From Haliotis rubra (Eukaryota), in assembly GCF_003918875.1 (NCBI RefSeq), contig NW_025767234.1, positions 558,001 through 622,000 on the forward strand: a stretch of 64,000 bases of DNA. The letters run 5' to 3'. A program made the translations under genes and the position numbers. The notes below the pieces were generated by a model. The model saw only the letters and a program-made list of their open reading frames with translations. It had not been told where the DNA came from and searched no databases. Below, piece by piece: positions 27,301 to 39,807 of this stretch. Position 1 is the first letter of the stretch, and every line of letters starts with the position of its first letter.

Positions 27301-30300
27301 TTCCTGGATCAGGTTCGGAACCGTGCGGTTCGCCTAGAAATGGACAACCAAACGGCGATGTCCTATATCCTGAAGCAGGGCGGTACGGTGTCTCTGTCAC
27401 TCCTTCAGAAGGCGTGGCAGTTTCTACTGTGGTGCGATCAGTTCAGCATACAGGTTATGCCTGTTTATCTCCCAGGGGTGGACAACGTTCGTGCAGATGC
27501 GCTCTCACGTCTAATACTAGCACCTCACGAGTGGTTACTCAACCAGGAGTTGTTCGGGTCGCTCCAGGTGAATCTGTTTGCCTCTGGGGTGACGAACCAG
27601 ACTGCGGTGTTCTGCTCACGGATCCCGGATCCGAGAGCAATCGCCCCCGAGAGCAATCGCCTCCGATGCCTTCCAGCTGGATTGGACAGGCAGGGTTCTG
27701 TGGGCCTTCCCACCGATACCGCTGATCTCCAGGGTCCTCTCGCAGCTAGCCACCAAACCAGCCCGACTACTAGTGCTTCTTGCACCTCTGTGGTCGTCTC
27801 AGCGCTGGTTTCCGGTAATACTCAGGTCGCTCGTCCAGCCTCCTGTACTATTACCAATGCGACCAGACCTACTATCCAAGGAAGGCGCGCCACACCCGAA
27901 TCCCAGGATTCAGTGGGTGGCTTGACCTCTGTCCGGAATCGCCTCCAACCGAGCGGAATTCCTGCACCAGTTGCAGACACAATTCTGGCTTCGCGGAGGG
28001 ATTCGACTTACGTACAGTATGAGGATAGGTGGGCCTGTTATGCACGCTTGTGTGGAAACAGAGGGATTCTCGATCCCTTTTCCTCGACTGTAGTCGAGGT
28101 GTTGGAGTTTTTACAGTCTCGGTTAGAGTCCGGCTTAGCTGCGTCTACTATCCGAGGCTACTCCACGGCTATTTCAGCCTTCCACATTCCCATTGAGGGT
28201 GCCCTGTTAGGGCAACACCCTCTGGTGCAGCGCTTCCTAGCAGGCGTCCGGTCGTCCGTCGGTCCAGTCCCACATGGGACTTGTCTCTCGTTTTAGATTG
28301 GATGTCCAGTCCTCTCTTTTACGATTTGGCAAATTTGTCTCTCCAGCTACTAAGTTGGAAGACTGCATTTTTAGTAGCGGTTACATCTGGAAGACGGGTC
28401 GGTGACATACATGCTATGTCATCGGACCCGGAGCTTACCGTGTTTCATAAGGATCGTGTAAGTATCCGCTTACCAGATTCTTACCGCCCTAAGATCGATA
28501 TTGCGTTTCATATTGCGGCACCTATAGATCTTCACGCTTCCTGCGTCGTCTGGTAACACTAACCGTAAGGTTCATGTGTTAGACTTCGTCAAGAGCTTAA
28601 AAGCGTATATTAAGAGAACAGCGTTCATCCGTAAGGATAAACAGTTATTCTGCTGCTACGGCGGTGGCAAGGTAGGTCATCCAGCAAAAACACAAACTTT
28701 GTCAAGGTGGATTGTGTCTGCCATCTGTATGTCTTACATACACAAGGCTTATCTCTCTCTCTCTCTCTCCCCCCCAAAAAAAAAGGTGTTGAAAGCTCAT
28801 TCGGTGCGTGCAGTAGCTACCTCGCCTACGCTGCTGCTCTGCCCATTGAGGAGATCTGCTTAGCGGCTGTTTGGAGCCGACCGAGTACGTTCATCTGTCA
28901 TTATCAGCTGGACAAACACTCACGTGAGCGTGCTTGGTTTGGCCAGACGGTTCTACGCAGTGGACAGAGTAGCACCTCTCAAGCCGATTGAGCTTTCCAG
29001 ATACTAACTCTGTTTTGCACTTGGTGTTGGGTTTCTATCATCCCCCTTTTATCGGTGACGGTATCTGGTGGTGGTTTTTAGTCCCGCTATCCGTTGGTGC
29101 ATCGGTGCCTTACTTTTACTTTCCATTTTCCACGCTTGGTGAGCTGTGCGCTATGGACAGTAGTTTGGTTTGGCGAGTTCCTGGTTTTTACACCCCTCCG
29201 CAACTTAATTCGGGGTGGGGTTTGACTGGGGATGTAATATCCGATCAGCCAATCGGCATATAGGCTATGTCAGCTATAGGGGTCCACGGCTTAGTCACGC
29301 CCCCCGCCTTCATTGACATCAGCGGTCAGGTGACTAGGTGAGTGTAATTTTCTCTATTTCCGTACGGTTGTAGATTATTACTATCTATGGATCACCTTGT
29401 TAGACAGAATACCACTCCCGGCTCCTTTGTCTTTGGGAGTCTGTTTAATGCTTATATGTACCCCAAGGAGGACTTCTTCTGAAAAAGAATTATACAAACC
29501 TGTAGAGGTTATGAATTATTTGAAGAAAGTCCTCCTTAGGGTACGGCCACCCGCCTCCCCTCATTCTGTCTGATACGTTCAGCATGAAAAGTGAGGTGCG
29601 AGGTTGACGGCTAGAGTTACCTGCTCTTGGCTGGAGGGGGCCCTGTAGGGGTGGTCTCACAAGACAAAAACAATTTTTTGTTGTGTAAATATTTTATTAA
29701 AAAATACAATTACATCTGTCGTGGGAATTTAAATGGACATTTAAATGCTTATATGTACCCCAAGGAGGACTTTCTTCAAATAATTCATAACCTCTACAGG
29801 TTTGTATAAATTCATTGGTGTCCTGGTACGTCTTTGACCATCTGGCATGATGAGTTTACCAGCATCATGTTGATACTCTTGAGTGCCAGTGATGGTGAAG
29901 ATTTGTTTACAGTGCCTCAAACAGCGAAGGGCACATACTTACAACTCTATTTTGAGACAATGTTTGTTATTCAAGCAGATATAGATACACATTTGCACAT
30001 TGGAAGTGGAAAAGCACTCGTGAATGTGAATGTGATCGATGAATATTCGATTAACAAGACACACCAGGTGATTCAGCAATTGATTCATCTACCACCATGA
30101 AAAGGATGGGGTATTCTTTCTGATATACAACAATTGCTCTGAGTCATGGTGACATGACATTCAGAGAATTCATAAACTGTTCAAATGTGTCGTTCTTTGT
30201 GCAGTTATATGCAGAGGGCACGCCGATTATTTAAGTGTCTAGTGTCATGTTTTGAAGTCTTTGAAGGTGATTCCTGATCTTCAAGTGAGTCGGGTTACCC

Positions 30301-33300
30301 AGTTGGCCCATGTGCCTAGGGTTTATCTTTGCAGTGGAAGGCTGTGACTTGTTTGGTAACAATCGTTTGCAAACATTGCAACCATGATCATATTGGTACT
30401 GTGTAATCTGTCTAATCCTGACTTGTTTTGGACCAGAATTAAGCCTGGATTAATCAGCAGTCCAGATGAGTCATTACCCTGATCCTAATGATACCCTAAT
30501 GATGGTATTTGTTGTTAACCTGCCTGTTGCCTGAGAGCCAGTATTCAGTGAGTGGGGTATCCATGTTGAACTGTTGGCAACGCATCTCAATGGGCTAGCA
30601 CTAAAGACCTGATAATACTGGCATTAGTTCATCTCACCTCATTCAGTCCGAGGCATGGTCATCTAAGATGTCGCTATTTACTTTATAGAGTTGCATCCCT
30701 TGGCAAGACACTCCAGAAACCTATGATTGTGGGTTTGATCACAGGTTCACCCCAATTATGTTTCTGGATTTGTCAACACTCATGCTTGTAGGTGTCACCA
30801 AAGGGGAAAACCCTGAGACCTACATCTCTTTGGGCTTTCTGGCTCTCTTACGCGTTCACGCCGTTATATAACTGGAATACTGTTAAACATGGCGTTTAAA
30901 CCAACTCGCTTGCTCACTCACTCATTCACCAGACAAGACAGTAATTCTAATTCTAGCAAGAGTTACACCCCTTGGTTTCTCACTGGAAGTGAACAGTCAA
31001 GATCGAAGACGTACATGTACAATAATTCCTACATGATAAACCTCGGAGAAAGGCCGACCCCCACCCAATGAACAACAAAGACAACATACAGGTATACCCG
31101 ATAACTTACATGGCTGGCAATGTTTTGAATCCCAAGCTACACCAGCAATGCCTGATTTTCCAAACACTGGAAGACAAACTTTCAATCCAAGCAGGTTGGA
31201 TAGCCTGGTGGTTAAAGCGTTCACTTGGCACGCTGAAGACCCGGGTTTTATTCCCCAAATTGGTGCTATGAAGCCCATTTCTGGTATGCCCTGCAGTGAT
31301 TTTGCTTGAATATCGCTAAAAGGGGCTTTAAAAGATGCTCCATCACTCCACTCCAAGCAATGTTATTGCACTAACAGCAGACATGGCTTGTGATACTCGT
31401 TGCGTTTTTTGAGCCGAGGGATCTCTTGGCATCAGTCTGTGTTGAAAGCACATTTGACAAGAATCAGCTGACCGGACATGAGAGTATAATGTGTGAGAAG
31501 TCTGTCCGGATTCAGGACTTGGTCCATGGTCCATGATGTCTGGAATCAAGAGTGACGGATCTGGATCAGTCAGATTTTACTTTGTGTGAAATGAATGCAA
31601 TTAATTGAAGACTGTAGATTTGATCCAATGTTTAAAAAGATTTGAATTACTTTAAGTAAGGAAGTTATGCAAATTATACAGGAGTAATAATTCACTGACA
31701 AGATATTTCCTTGGGATGGAAGGCTATTCGATACATACACTGCCTGATTCTGCCAGAATGTGGGGCGGTGGGGTAGCCTAGTGGTGAAAAGCGTTCGTTC
31801 GTCATGCTGAAGATCCGTGTTTGAGTCCCCACATGGGTACAATATGTGAAGCCCATTTCTGACATCCCCCGCCGTGATAGTGCTGGAATATTGCTGAAAG
31901 CGGTGTAGAACCATAAGGTCATTTTTCCCCCCTAAAATATACTTATTTCTTAAATTGTATTTAATTAGTTAAATTTTGACATGCCACTTAACCAGAGTGA
32001 GCTGCAGACCAGTCAGATTTAACCAATGGTGTGTGCCCCATTACACTGATCATGACCTTAATATCTTGAGATTTTATGTTTGGATTTTGGCCTAATGATG
32101 ATAACAGTCATCCATGACTTCTAGGTACAGTCCAGTAGGTTGGACTGTGTTTGAAACTTTCATTTGAAAAGGAATTTTAATGTATTAATTAATTTTTGAA
32201 GGAATTCATGAATAGAAATTAGAATTATTTGTTACATTGATGATTTGAATATGATTATTAAAACCTAATTGCTTCAAAGTCTGCCATATCTCTTTAAATT
32301 GCTTGTGATGAACAATGCTATTCAGTGTTATTTAAACATGTTTTTATTTTAAGCTTACTTAATTGCTATGTTCAAACAGTTTCAGGGTTTTTCATGGCTA
32401 CAACAATCTGCCAAATATGTTTGAGACTGCTGGCAAAGCTAAGCTTACTTGACCAAACTAATTGTTACTAGACACAGGCTGATACAAGTTCCATAGGACC
32501 ATGTATGTGGTGTACTGACTGACAACATAGTTAAGTTATGCAAATGTTCTCTTGTATTGATTCACGTAATAAATGTGAGCTGTATTTATTGTATACCTGT
32601 ATGAATGATTATCAATTATTTGATCCATACATGAAACACATTCATTGTTTATTATTATGTCAATGTATTGTTTCTTCACAGATCGTCCCCCTAGATCAAC
32701 CATCCATTTGGCACACCTTTGAGTCCATCAAGGCTTTAGCTGACAAGATGAAAGCAGAGAGTGGGGACACTGGCACAGATGACATCGTCTATGTGGATGA
32801 CTATGTCCCGAAGCAGCCTGAAAAGGATGAACTAGTACCGAAGGAGGAGGAGGCAAAGGGCAGTGCTGTAGGGAATTCTGATGCTCCCTCATCAGAAAAC
32901 AATGATACAAGCATAGGAGGTAGTGACAGCACTTCAGCTGTTGCAGATGCAGCCCAGAATGAAGCAAACGAGGGAGAAAAGGCACCCGGAGATGCTGCTC
33001 CTGCTCCTCCAGACGCCCCGGACAACGACACTGACAAAGGTGCTGATGGTAACCCTGCTCCTCCGCCAACCATTCCAGTCAACAAGTGGGTTAAAGTCAT
33101 CTTAGATAAGATGATAGAGGAATATGCCAGCACAGAATCTATGGATGAACTTATCTTTGGCCCAGGGCTACCTGAAAATGAAACCAAACATGTTAAAGTT
33201 ATGGTGGCCAGCTTGAAGCAGTACTTCTATTGCAAGAAAACGAAGGAGGGGGGATGATATAACTGTCCTCTATCAAAAACATTCACCCGAGAAGGTTGTA

Positions 33301-33549
33301 GAAATCTTGAACAAGAGTGATGGAGAGAATGGTGGTTATGCATTTGTCGAAAAGGAGGCACTACCCAAGTATGATGAGTTCATAGATTTCGTACGATCTG
33401 GAAGAAACAAGCCCATAAGATTAAAACCAGGTGAAAGTCCAGAGAATCTGTCAGGGCCTGATGGTCCAAGAAGGTTTTTGAAAAGGAGAAGATTTCGTAA
33501 GCAAGACATTCTGCGTGCTCAGCATTACCAGCAGCAGCAGAGGAAATGA
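21335..33549 (+). CDS. NKRF-like (NF-kappa-B-repressing factor-like) RNA-binding protein, about 1160 aa; coding exons 21335-23832, 24500-24623, 32682-33549
   Basis: GT-AG introns with matching phases; four dsRBD-like repeats (e.g. AYDILQLSATNNFM..YRCQLFLQGELMSEAVS); C-terminal R3H-like block MIEEYASTESMDELIFGPGLPENETKHV..GGYAFV recalls the NKRF C-terminus; one extra G at 33248-33253; AATAAA at 35235. Confidence 0.8.
23861..24107 (+). mobile_element. Second composite family-1 SINE
   Basis: Same junction ..CTCACTC|CCCACATGGGTACAATG as the copy at 21032. Confidence 0.75.
24674..29809 (+). mobile_element. DIRS1-like tyrosine-recombinase retrotransposon (decayed ORFs, intact termini) in an intron of the NKRF-like gene
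   Basis: Left ITR 24674-24797; right ITR plus extension about 29663-29809; ICR 29446-29544 complementary to both ends; RT (LKDAYLH, LPFG, YLDD); RNase H (HINVLEL, MDN, N..ADALSR); methyltransferase-like (NLFAS..WAFPP); recombinase (SGRRVGDI, HSVR, TFICHY). Confidence 0.95.
30285..30925 (+). mobile_element. Older, longer retroposon sharing the SINE 3' tail
   Basis: Ends in ATAACTGGAATACTGTTAAACATGGCGTTTAAACC(ACTC)n; 5' boundary uncertain. Confidence 0.4.
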
Positions 33550-36397
33550 GAGAAGTTGAGAGCATCAGATTTTTTGACAATAGGCAGCAATCATGTGTGG
33601 AATGAAACTGAAGATGGAAAATGCATGGCCTGGAACATCCGATTGTCCATAGAAATTTGGGGTTAAAAGTCTGTCAAACTAGCTGACAATGCTGACTGCG
33701 CCTCATGGTGCACAACAGTGAAGATGCATCGATCAGAAATACTTTCACTGTGTTCAAGTCTGATGCATCATAATTATGACCCAGATGTTTTAATGTGTTA
33801 CTTTATTATACAATTTGTGTGTTATGGTGTACATTTTGTACTGTTGGTCTTCTTTCATTCATTGCATCCTGTGCAGGAGATAGCTTTTTCAAAAAAATCC
33901 AGAAAAGAGGGTATTAGTGCCCTTCATGTATTAAACTAACACCATAATAGAATGCAATGTATATTTTGTATTGGAGCCTCTAAAAGACCTTGCCTTTTTA
34001 ATAATGACACTGACTAGCAGTATGTGGGAGAACCTCAAGAGTTATTGTCCATGAAATGCTTGGGCACAGTAGTTTTTCTGTTTAGTAACTGTAGAATTGT
34101 AGTTCACTGACAAACACATGTTTTGTCCTATAGTTATTAATTCGTCTATGATGATTGTTTTATATGATTTACATAGCAAGAATTATATTTTGTATTAAAG
34201 TTGATTTAAGGTAATTTCATTTTGATGACTGACTCGCTCCAACATGTGATCCTGCATGCTGTGAGGGAAGGTAAATGGAAAGATGTTTTGGTGTTATTTT
34301 CCTAGTGTTCTGTGCATTTTGGCATATTTTATATTCTTCTGACCTGTGCTGGGAGCATACTTTTCATTCATTCACTATTTTACATTCTTTTTGTGTTGGT
34401 AGTTTTGGAAATGTCTTAAAAAATTTACTCCAGGTTTTAGGTTTCATTGTCATCACCAGTGTCTTAAATAGTGGTCCAGTCGTGAGAAGTGTCATTCAAA
34501 ATGAAAGATCATTAACTATTCAGATGACTGGAGTTCTAAAATGCCACTAATCAGATTAATCATGTAATCAGGGTAGCATCAGCTAAAAGATTTTGCTGGA
34601 TTAGGATTTCTGTTCTCAGTCATAGACCTTAGAGGCTAAAGTCTATGGAAATGAGGTCGATATATATTACACCTGAAAATATTTTGAGTTTGTCACTCTT
34701 TGATCATATGACACATGTAATGATGTTGACATTTGAACAAGCTTTTGTGCTATTATTGACTGTGAAAGTATTTCAAAATGAAATATGTTGATCTTCACTG
34801 GTTTTTGTTGTTGTTTTTGTAGTCTTGATGTAACAGTAGCTTATCTAACCAACCTTTGCTTGGGATATTAGCCTAGAACCAAGGAATCCCTTGGTTTAAA
34901 ACGGAGGTACTGAATGAACTCATTACACTTGCTTGTGCGAATTTGTATTAATTATTTCCACCTGCCTGACATCTTGAAGTACTTCTTTCTTGTAGAAGTG
35001 AGGTGAATGGTTGATGGAAACATAATTACTTAATGCTAATGATCCAAACATTTATGATAAAGTAACCTCCAGAATTTTAGGACATTTTTGGAGGAAGCAG
35101 ATATGTCTTTGATTTTGCTTTTAATCTGTACCCGAGTAAACGTTTGAGTATGTATCATTTGAAGGTACTTGTGCACACTATTGGATTCTTTTGTTACAAA
35201 ATGTTAATTTCTGTCAGCACAAGACCTACAATGCAATAAAATATTTCATTAAAGCATGTTGTTTATGTTGCATCAGAGCCTGTGGGAGATTCTTGGGCAG
35301 ATAGCTTCTCAATGCCTCAGGTGTTGCTGCTATTGTTCATGCACAATTTCTTATTGGTGCTGTGACGTCGAAGTAGCCTAGTGGTTGGCTCATTGGGCCG
35401 AAGGCCATGGTTCGAATCCCAATACCTATAGACTGTGTTAAGCTCATTTCAAATGTCCCTTGCTGTCAGATGTCTGGAATATTGCATCAGGAACATACAC
35501 TCATTGGTGCTTTCATTGTCAAATGCATTCCCATACGAAAGTCAAGGGTTTGATTCCCCTCATGGGAACAATGTGTGAAGCCCATGCCTGGTGTCCCCCG
35601 CCATGTTATTGGTGGAATATTGCTAAAAAGTGGCGTAAAACTAAACTCACTATCTATTCTTACTTTAGATTGTTTTGGAAATGTAAATATTGAGGTGAAT
35701 ATTTGAAATTGCCTGTACCACACATCAAATGTTGATATGATTTTTGTTTCCATGATGAGACCTATAATGCAGCTACAATATCGTTTCATTATTTCTGTTA
35801 GAATGTTATTGCAGAGAATTGCCCAAGTGTCTTCATTTATCGAATGTCATCAGTCAAAAACTATTAAAGTTACAACTTATGTTCATGTAATTGATACTGA
35901 AGGTGTGATTATTCAAAATCATTCTACCAATTTGTCCTTTTGAGTACACAGCTACAGGATGGCATATATTCCAAGCACTGTTGCTTTTTCACTGCCTCCA
36001 TGGGGTGGTGGGGTAGCCTAATGGTTAAAACGTTCGCTCTTCACGCTAAAGACCCGGGTTTGATTCCCCACATCAGCACAATGTGTGAAGCCCATTTGTG
36101 GTGTCCCCGCCGTGATATTGCTGGAATATTGCTTAAAAAGCGGGTAAAACTAAATTCACTCACTCCATGGTCTCCAGACAGCAGGGGATGGTAGGGTAGC
36201 CATGTGGTTAAAGCGTTCACTCATCACACCAAAGCCCCACCTGGGTACACTGTGTGAAGCTCGGTTACTGGTGTCCCCAAGTGTGTTTTGGCAGGAATAT
36301 TGCTAACAGCAGCATAAAACCCAACCTTTTATTTGTTGGTACCCTGCTTGGTTGGCTTGGGGCCAGTATACTTCATCAGATTGGGTCACCCATGTTA

Positions 36398-36637
36398 AGT
36401 GAGTGAGTTTAGTTTTACGCTGCACTCAGCAATATTCCAGTTATATGGTGGCGGTCTCTAAATAATGGGAGTCAGTACCAGACAGTCCAGTGATCAACAG
36501 CATGACCATCGATCGAAGCAACTGGGATACGATGACATGCGTCAACCAAGTCTAAGTCTGACCACCCGATCCCGTCAGTCGCCTCTTACGACAAGCATGG
36601 GTTACTGAAGATCAATTCTAACCCGGATCTTCACGGG
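36398..36637 (-). mobile_element. SINE family 2 (no tRNA head, starts CCCGTGAAGATCCGGG)
   Basis: About 240-bp dispersed repeat; other copies near 12805, 15968, 44071, 44306, 45739, 46961, 48565, 52941-53184(-), 53545-53675(-); shares the GCTGGAATATTGCT..GCGTAAAAC tail. Confidence 0.88.
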
Positions 36638-37182
36638 TTCACCCTGTGGCATGGTATCTCATGCACTATCGATGTTGTACCACCATAAATTCAGACTATT
36701 ACAAGAAGCATGCACATATGCTTGCTGGTCAGACTATAAGTGCGATAATCTTGAAGTGGCAGTCACAATGGAATGGTCAGGCTTAATGATTCTTCTTCTC
36801 ATTGTATCTAATAGCATATGATGGGTTAATTCCTGAAGTCACTGAGGATGGTACAGTAGCCTATTTGTTAAACATTTGCCCATCACACTGAAGACCAGGT
36901 TGAATTCCTATTTCTGCTGTCTCCCACCGTGATATTTGTTGGACTATTGGTACAAGCGTCGTAAAACCATACACACATACTCACTCACTCACTGGATTAA
37001 CATTGCAAGTTAGTTGATAAATCATCGTGATTAAGCTTGAATATTTGCTGACCGTAGGGCATTGAACATGCGAAGATTTGTTTAAATAATGCTTGCTCAT
37101 GCACTAATCGTTTTCATAATCCGCATGTGCTTATTCACAGATTGATGTTTATGTCAGCTGTAAATCCCACTGAAAACAACAT

Positions 37183-37305
37183 TCTAAGGTATGAGCTGCT
37201 CCCCTGAAAAAACGTTCAAAAGTATGAGCTGCTCCCCTGAAAAATACGTTCAAAAGTATGAGCCGCTGCCCTGAAAAATACGTTTTAACATAAGAGCTGC
37301 GCCAG
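37183..37305. repeat. Tandem repeat of about 35 bp, 3-4 copies
   Basis: AAGTATGAGCTGCTCCCCTGAAAAATACGTTCAA units. Confidence 0.85.
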
Positions 37306-37902
37306 TAGTTACCTTCTGACACAATAGCAACATCCAAGACATAAATGATAGTGATTTGGTTTAAGTTAAAGAACATCAGATCTGTGTTACAAGAAAGGAG
37401 CCCAGGGAGTTGCAACCGACCCCAAGTTTGGCAGCTCAGTTGAACGAACAATTTTTTATTTTGATACATTTCTATAAATTACTGTGGCATACATTACTAC
37501 TGAAGTTTAAGTGATAGAGATGAATGAGAGAGAGAACATGGACAAAGCAGATACAATGTCTACACTTCCATCAGACATCTTGCACAGAAGGCTGAGTTAA
37601 AGCGTCCGCTAATCACCCCGAAGACCCGGGTTCCATTCCCCACATGGGTACAATGTGTGAAGCCCATTTCTGGTGACCCCGCCATGATATTGCTGGAATA
37701 TTGCTAAAATCGACGTGAAACCAACTTCACTCATGATCACGACGCAATTCAAGAGACGGTTTGCCAGTTTGCTGCTCTTGTTGAAAAGCATGGGCTTTAC
37801 GGTTTGAAACGCAGAAAGGTCACGCCATGAGAGATTGAAGTCGACGCTATCATGAAGAAGTTCTTCGTGTTGGCAGTCGTTCATAAACGGCTCAAAAGCG
37901 AA

Positions 37903-39423
37903 ACTGAGTCAAAAAAGAAACTTCACATTCTTTCTTCAGGGCACTATAAAAGAACAAGAGATGGTAAGATGGTTAAATTGTTATTATTTCATTGCTGAGA
38001 TCTGTGTGATGTACTCGATACACTGACAGTGCCATAATCAGTTCCATTAGGCTACACCGCCGTTCCAAAACATGGGTATACAGAATGTCAAGTCACAAGA
38101 ATAAAAATGCGAAATTTCTCAGTTCAATATCGTGTATGGCCGCCCCGCGCATTCACCACTGCCAAACACCGTCTCCTCATCGACTGCCTGATGCTTGTGA
38201 ACACGTGGTTGGGGATTCTGCGCCATTGCTCTTGCAAGGCAGCGCCAAGTTCCTGCAAATTTGAGGTTGGTTCCTAAGACCACGAAGCCTTCTCCCAAGT
38301 GCATCCCAAACGTGCTCTATTGATTAAGGTCAGGGGACCTCGATGGCCAGTCCATGACGTTGATTCCAGCGTTTTGAAGGAAATTTCGTGTCAACATCGC
38401 GGTATGCGGCCGAGCATTATCATGCTGGAACTGTAGACCTGGGCCATGAGCCGCCATGAAAGGAACGAGTTCAGGGTGAGCACCTGGTCGCGGTAAGCAG
38501 CAGCCGTGAGGTTTCCACGGATGACCAGAAGTCGGGAACGGTTGTTCCCACAGAAAGCACCCCACACCATGCAACTTCCGCCCCCGAATCTGTCGACTTC
38601 CTGTACACAACATTGGGCATACCGTTCACGACGTCGTCTCCAGACTCTATGCCTGCCGTCCGCGAATCTGAGGGTAAACCTGATTCATCGCTAAAGACGA
38701 CTCGATTCCAGTCTCTGGGTCCATCGGAGGTGACGTTGGGCCCACAGCAGACGTTGACGTTGATGAAACGGCGTCAATATTGGCCCACGATATGGACGTC
38801 GAGAATGGAGATTGGCAGCCCGCAACCGATTTCGAATGGTCTGTGAGGACAGTCGACCTCTAAACATCTCAGCCCTGGTTCGTGTAGCCGGCAGAAATCT
38901 GTCACGTAGGTGACGTAGGACGATTTGATTTGTCTTCTGCTCGTGACGTCACACGTGGACGACCCGACCTTGGGCGATCAGAAGTGGTGCCAGTTTGTTG
39001 TAGACGACCTCGCAAGTCATACACAGTACGACGGCTGCATCCCATTGCTCTTGCGACGTCAATAACTGATCTTCCTGCTTGCAACATGCCAACGGCACGT
39101 TCACGCTGCACATTTGACAATCGTGGCATTTCAAGTACCGTTAGAACTGTGGTTTAAAAGTGTTTTTCAATTCTTGAGGCCAATGCAAACACGTGCATAT
39201 GAAGAAAACTTCGATGCGAAGATCACGTGATCGACTGCACGTGCAAAACCTGATTTGGCACTAACGTCATTTGCACGACGAATGGATGGGTTTGAGTGGG
39301 TTTTGCTAACGTTTTTCTAGAGTCGAAAGATAGGATCCCATTTCGGATACATAGATGTATCATCAGAGAAAAATTATTCATTATTTTCAAATTACATTTT
39401 GTGAAGTTTCTTTTGACTCAGTA
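37903..39423 (-). mobile_element. Full-length Tc1/mariner with frameshifted transposase
   Basis: TIRs ACTGAGTCAAAAAAGAAACTTCAC / GTGAAGTTTCTTTTGACTCAGT; ATG 39129 MPRLSNVQRERAVGML; FQHDNARPH; WPSRSPDLN. Confidence 0.92.
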
Positions 39424-39450
39424 TATTTTACAAAGCATACAGCGTGTGAG

Positions 39451-39807
39451 CTTAGGTGAGGTGAAATTGGGTTAACGTCGCGCTGGAGAATATTTCGCTC
39501 ATGTGACGACGTGCATGCGTGTGTATGTGTTAGGTGCGGCTGCTTGTACTAGCCCAGACTGAAAGCTGGTTTTATAGTGCTAGCACACTGAGATACCATG
39601 CCGCAGTGAAGCATGAATACCCCACCCAGACACATTATACTGACTCCGAGCCGACCAGTCCTTGTTGTACCCATTAATGCCGAGCGACAGACAGGGACCA
39701 ACAAGTACCATATCTTAACGTCTTTTGGTATGACGCGGTCGAGGATCGAACCCGCGACCTTCCGCTCTCCGGGCGGACGCTCTAACCACTACACCACGGA
39801 GGCGGTC
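39451..39807 (-). mobile_element. Full-length tRNA-derived SINE family 3 (Meta-domain-like core)
   Basis: Head GACCGCCTCCGTGGTGTAGTGGTTAGAGCG..GGTTCGATCC; core GTCATACCAAAAGACG..TGGTACTTG; TSD ACAGCGTRTGAG. Confidence 0.85.

Noticed and set aside
30485-30540. Intronic C/D box snoRNA
   Set aside because: Box-like words only, no terminal stem, and it lies within a probable repeat.
33248-33257. Programmed ribosomal frameshift
   Set aside because: No slippery heptamer with downstream structure; a homopolymer error is simpler.
36600-36637. Hammerhead suggested by CTGAAGA in the antisense of SINE family 2
   Set aside because: No downstream GAAA, and the motif is one arm of a stem.
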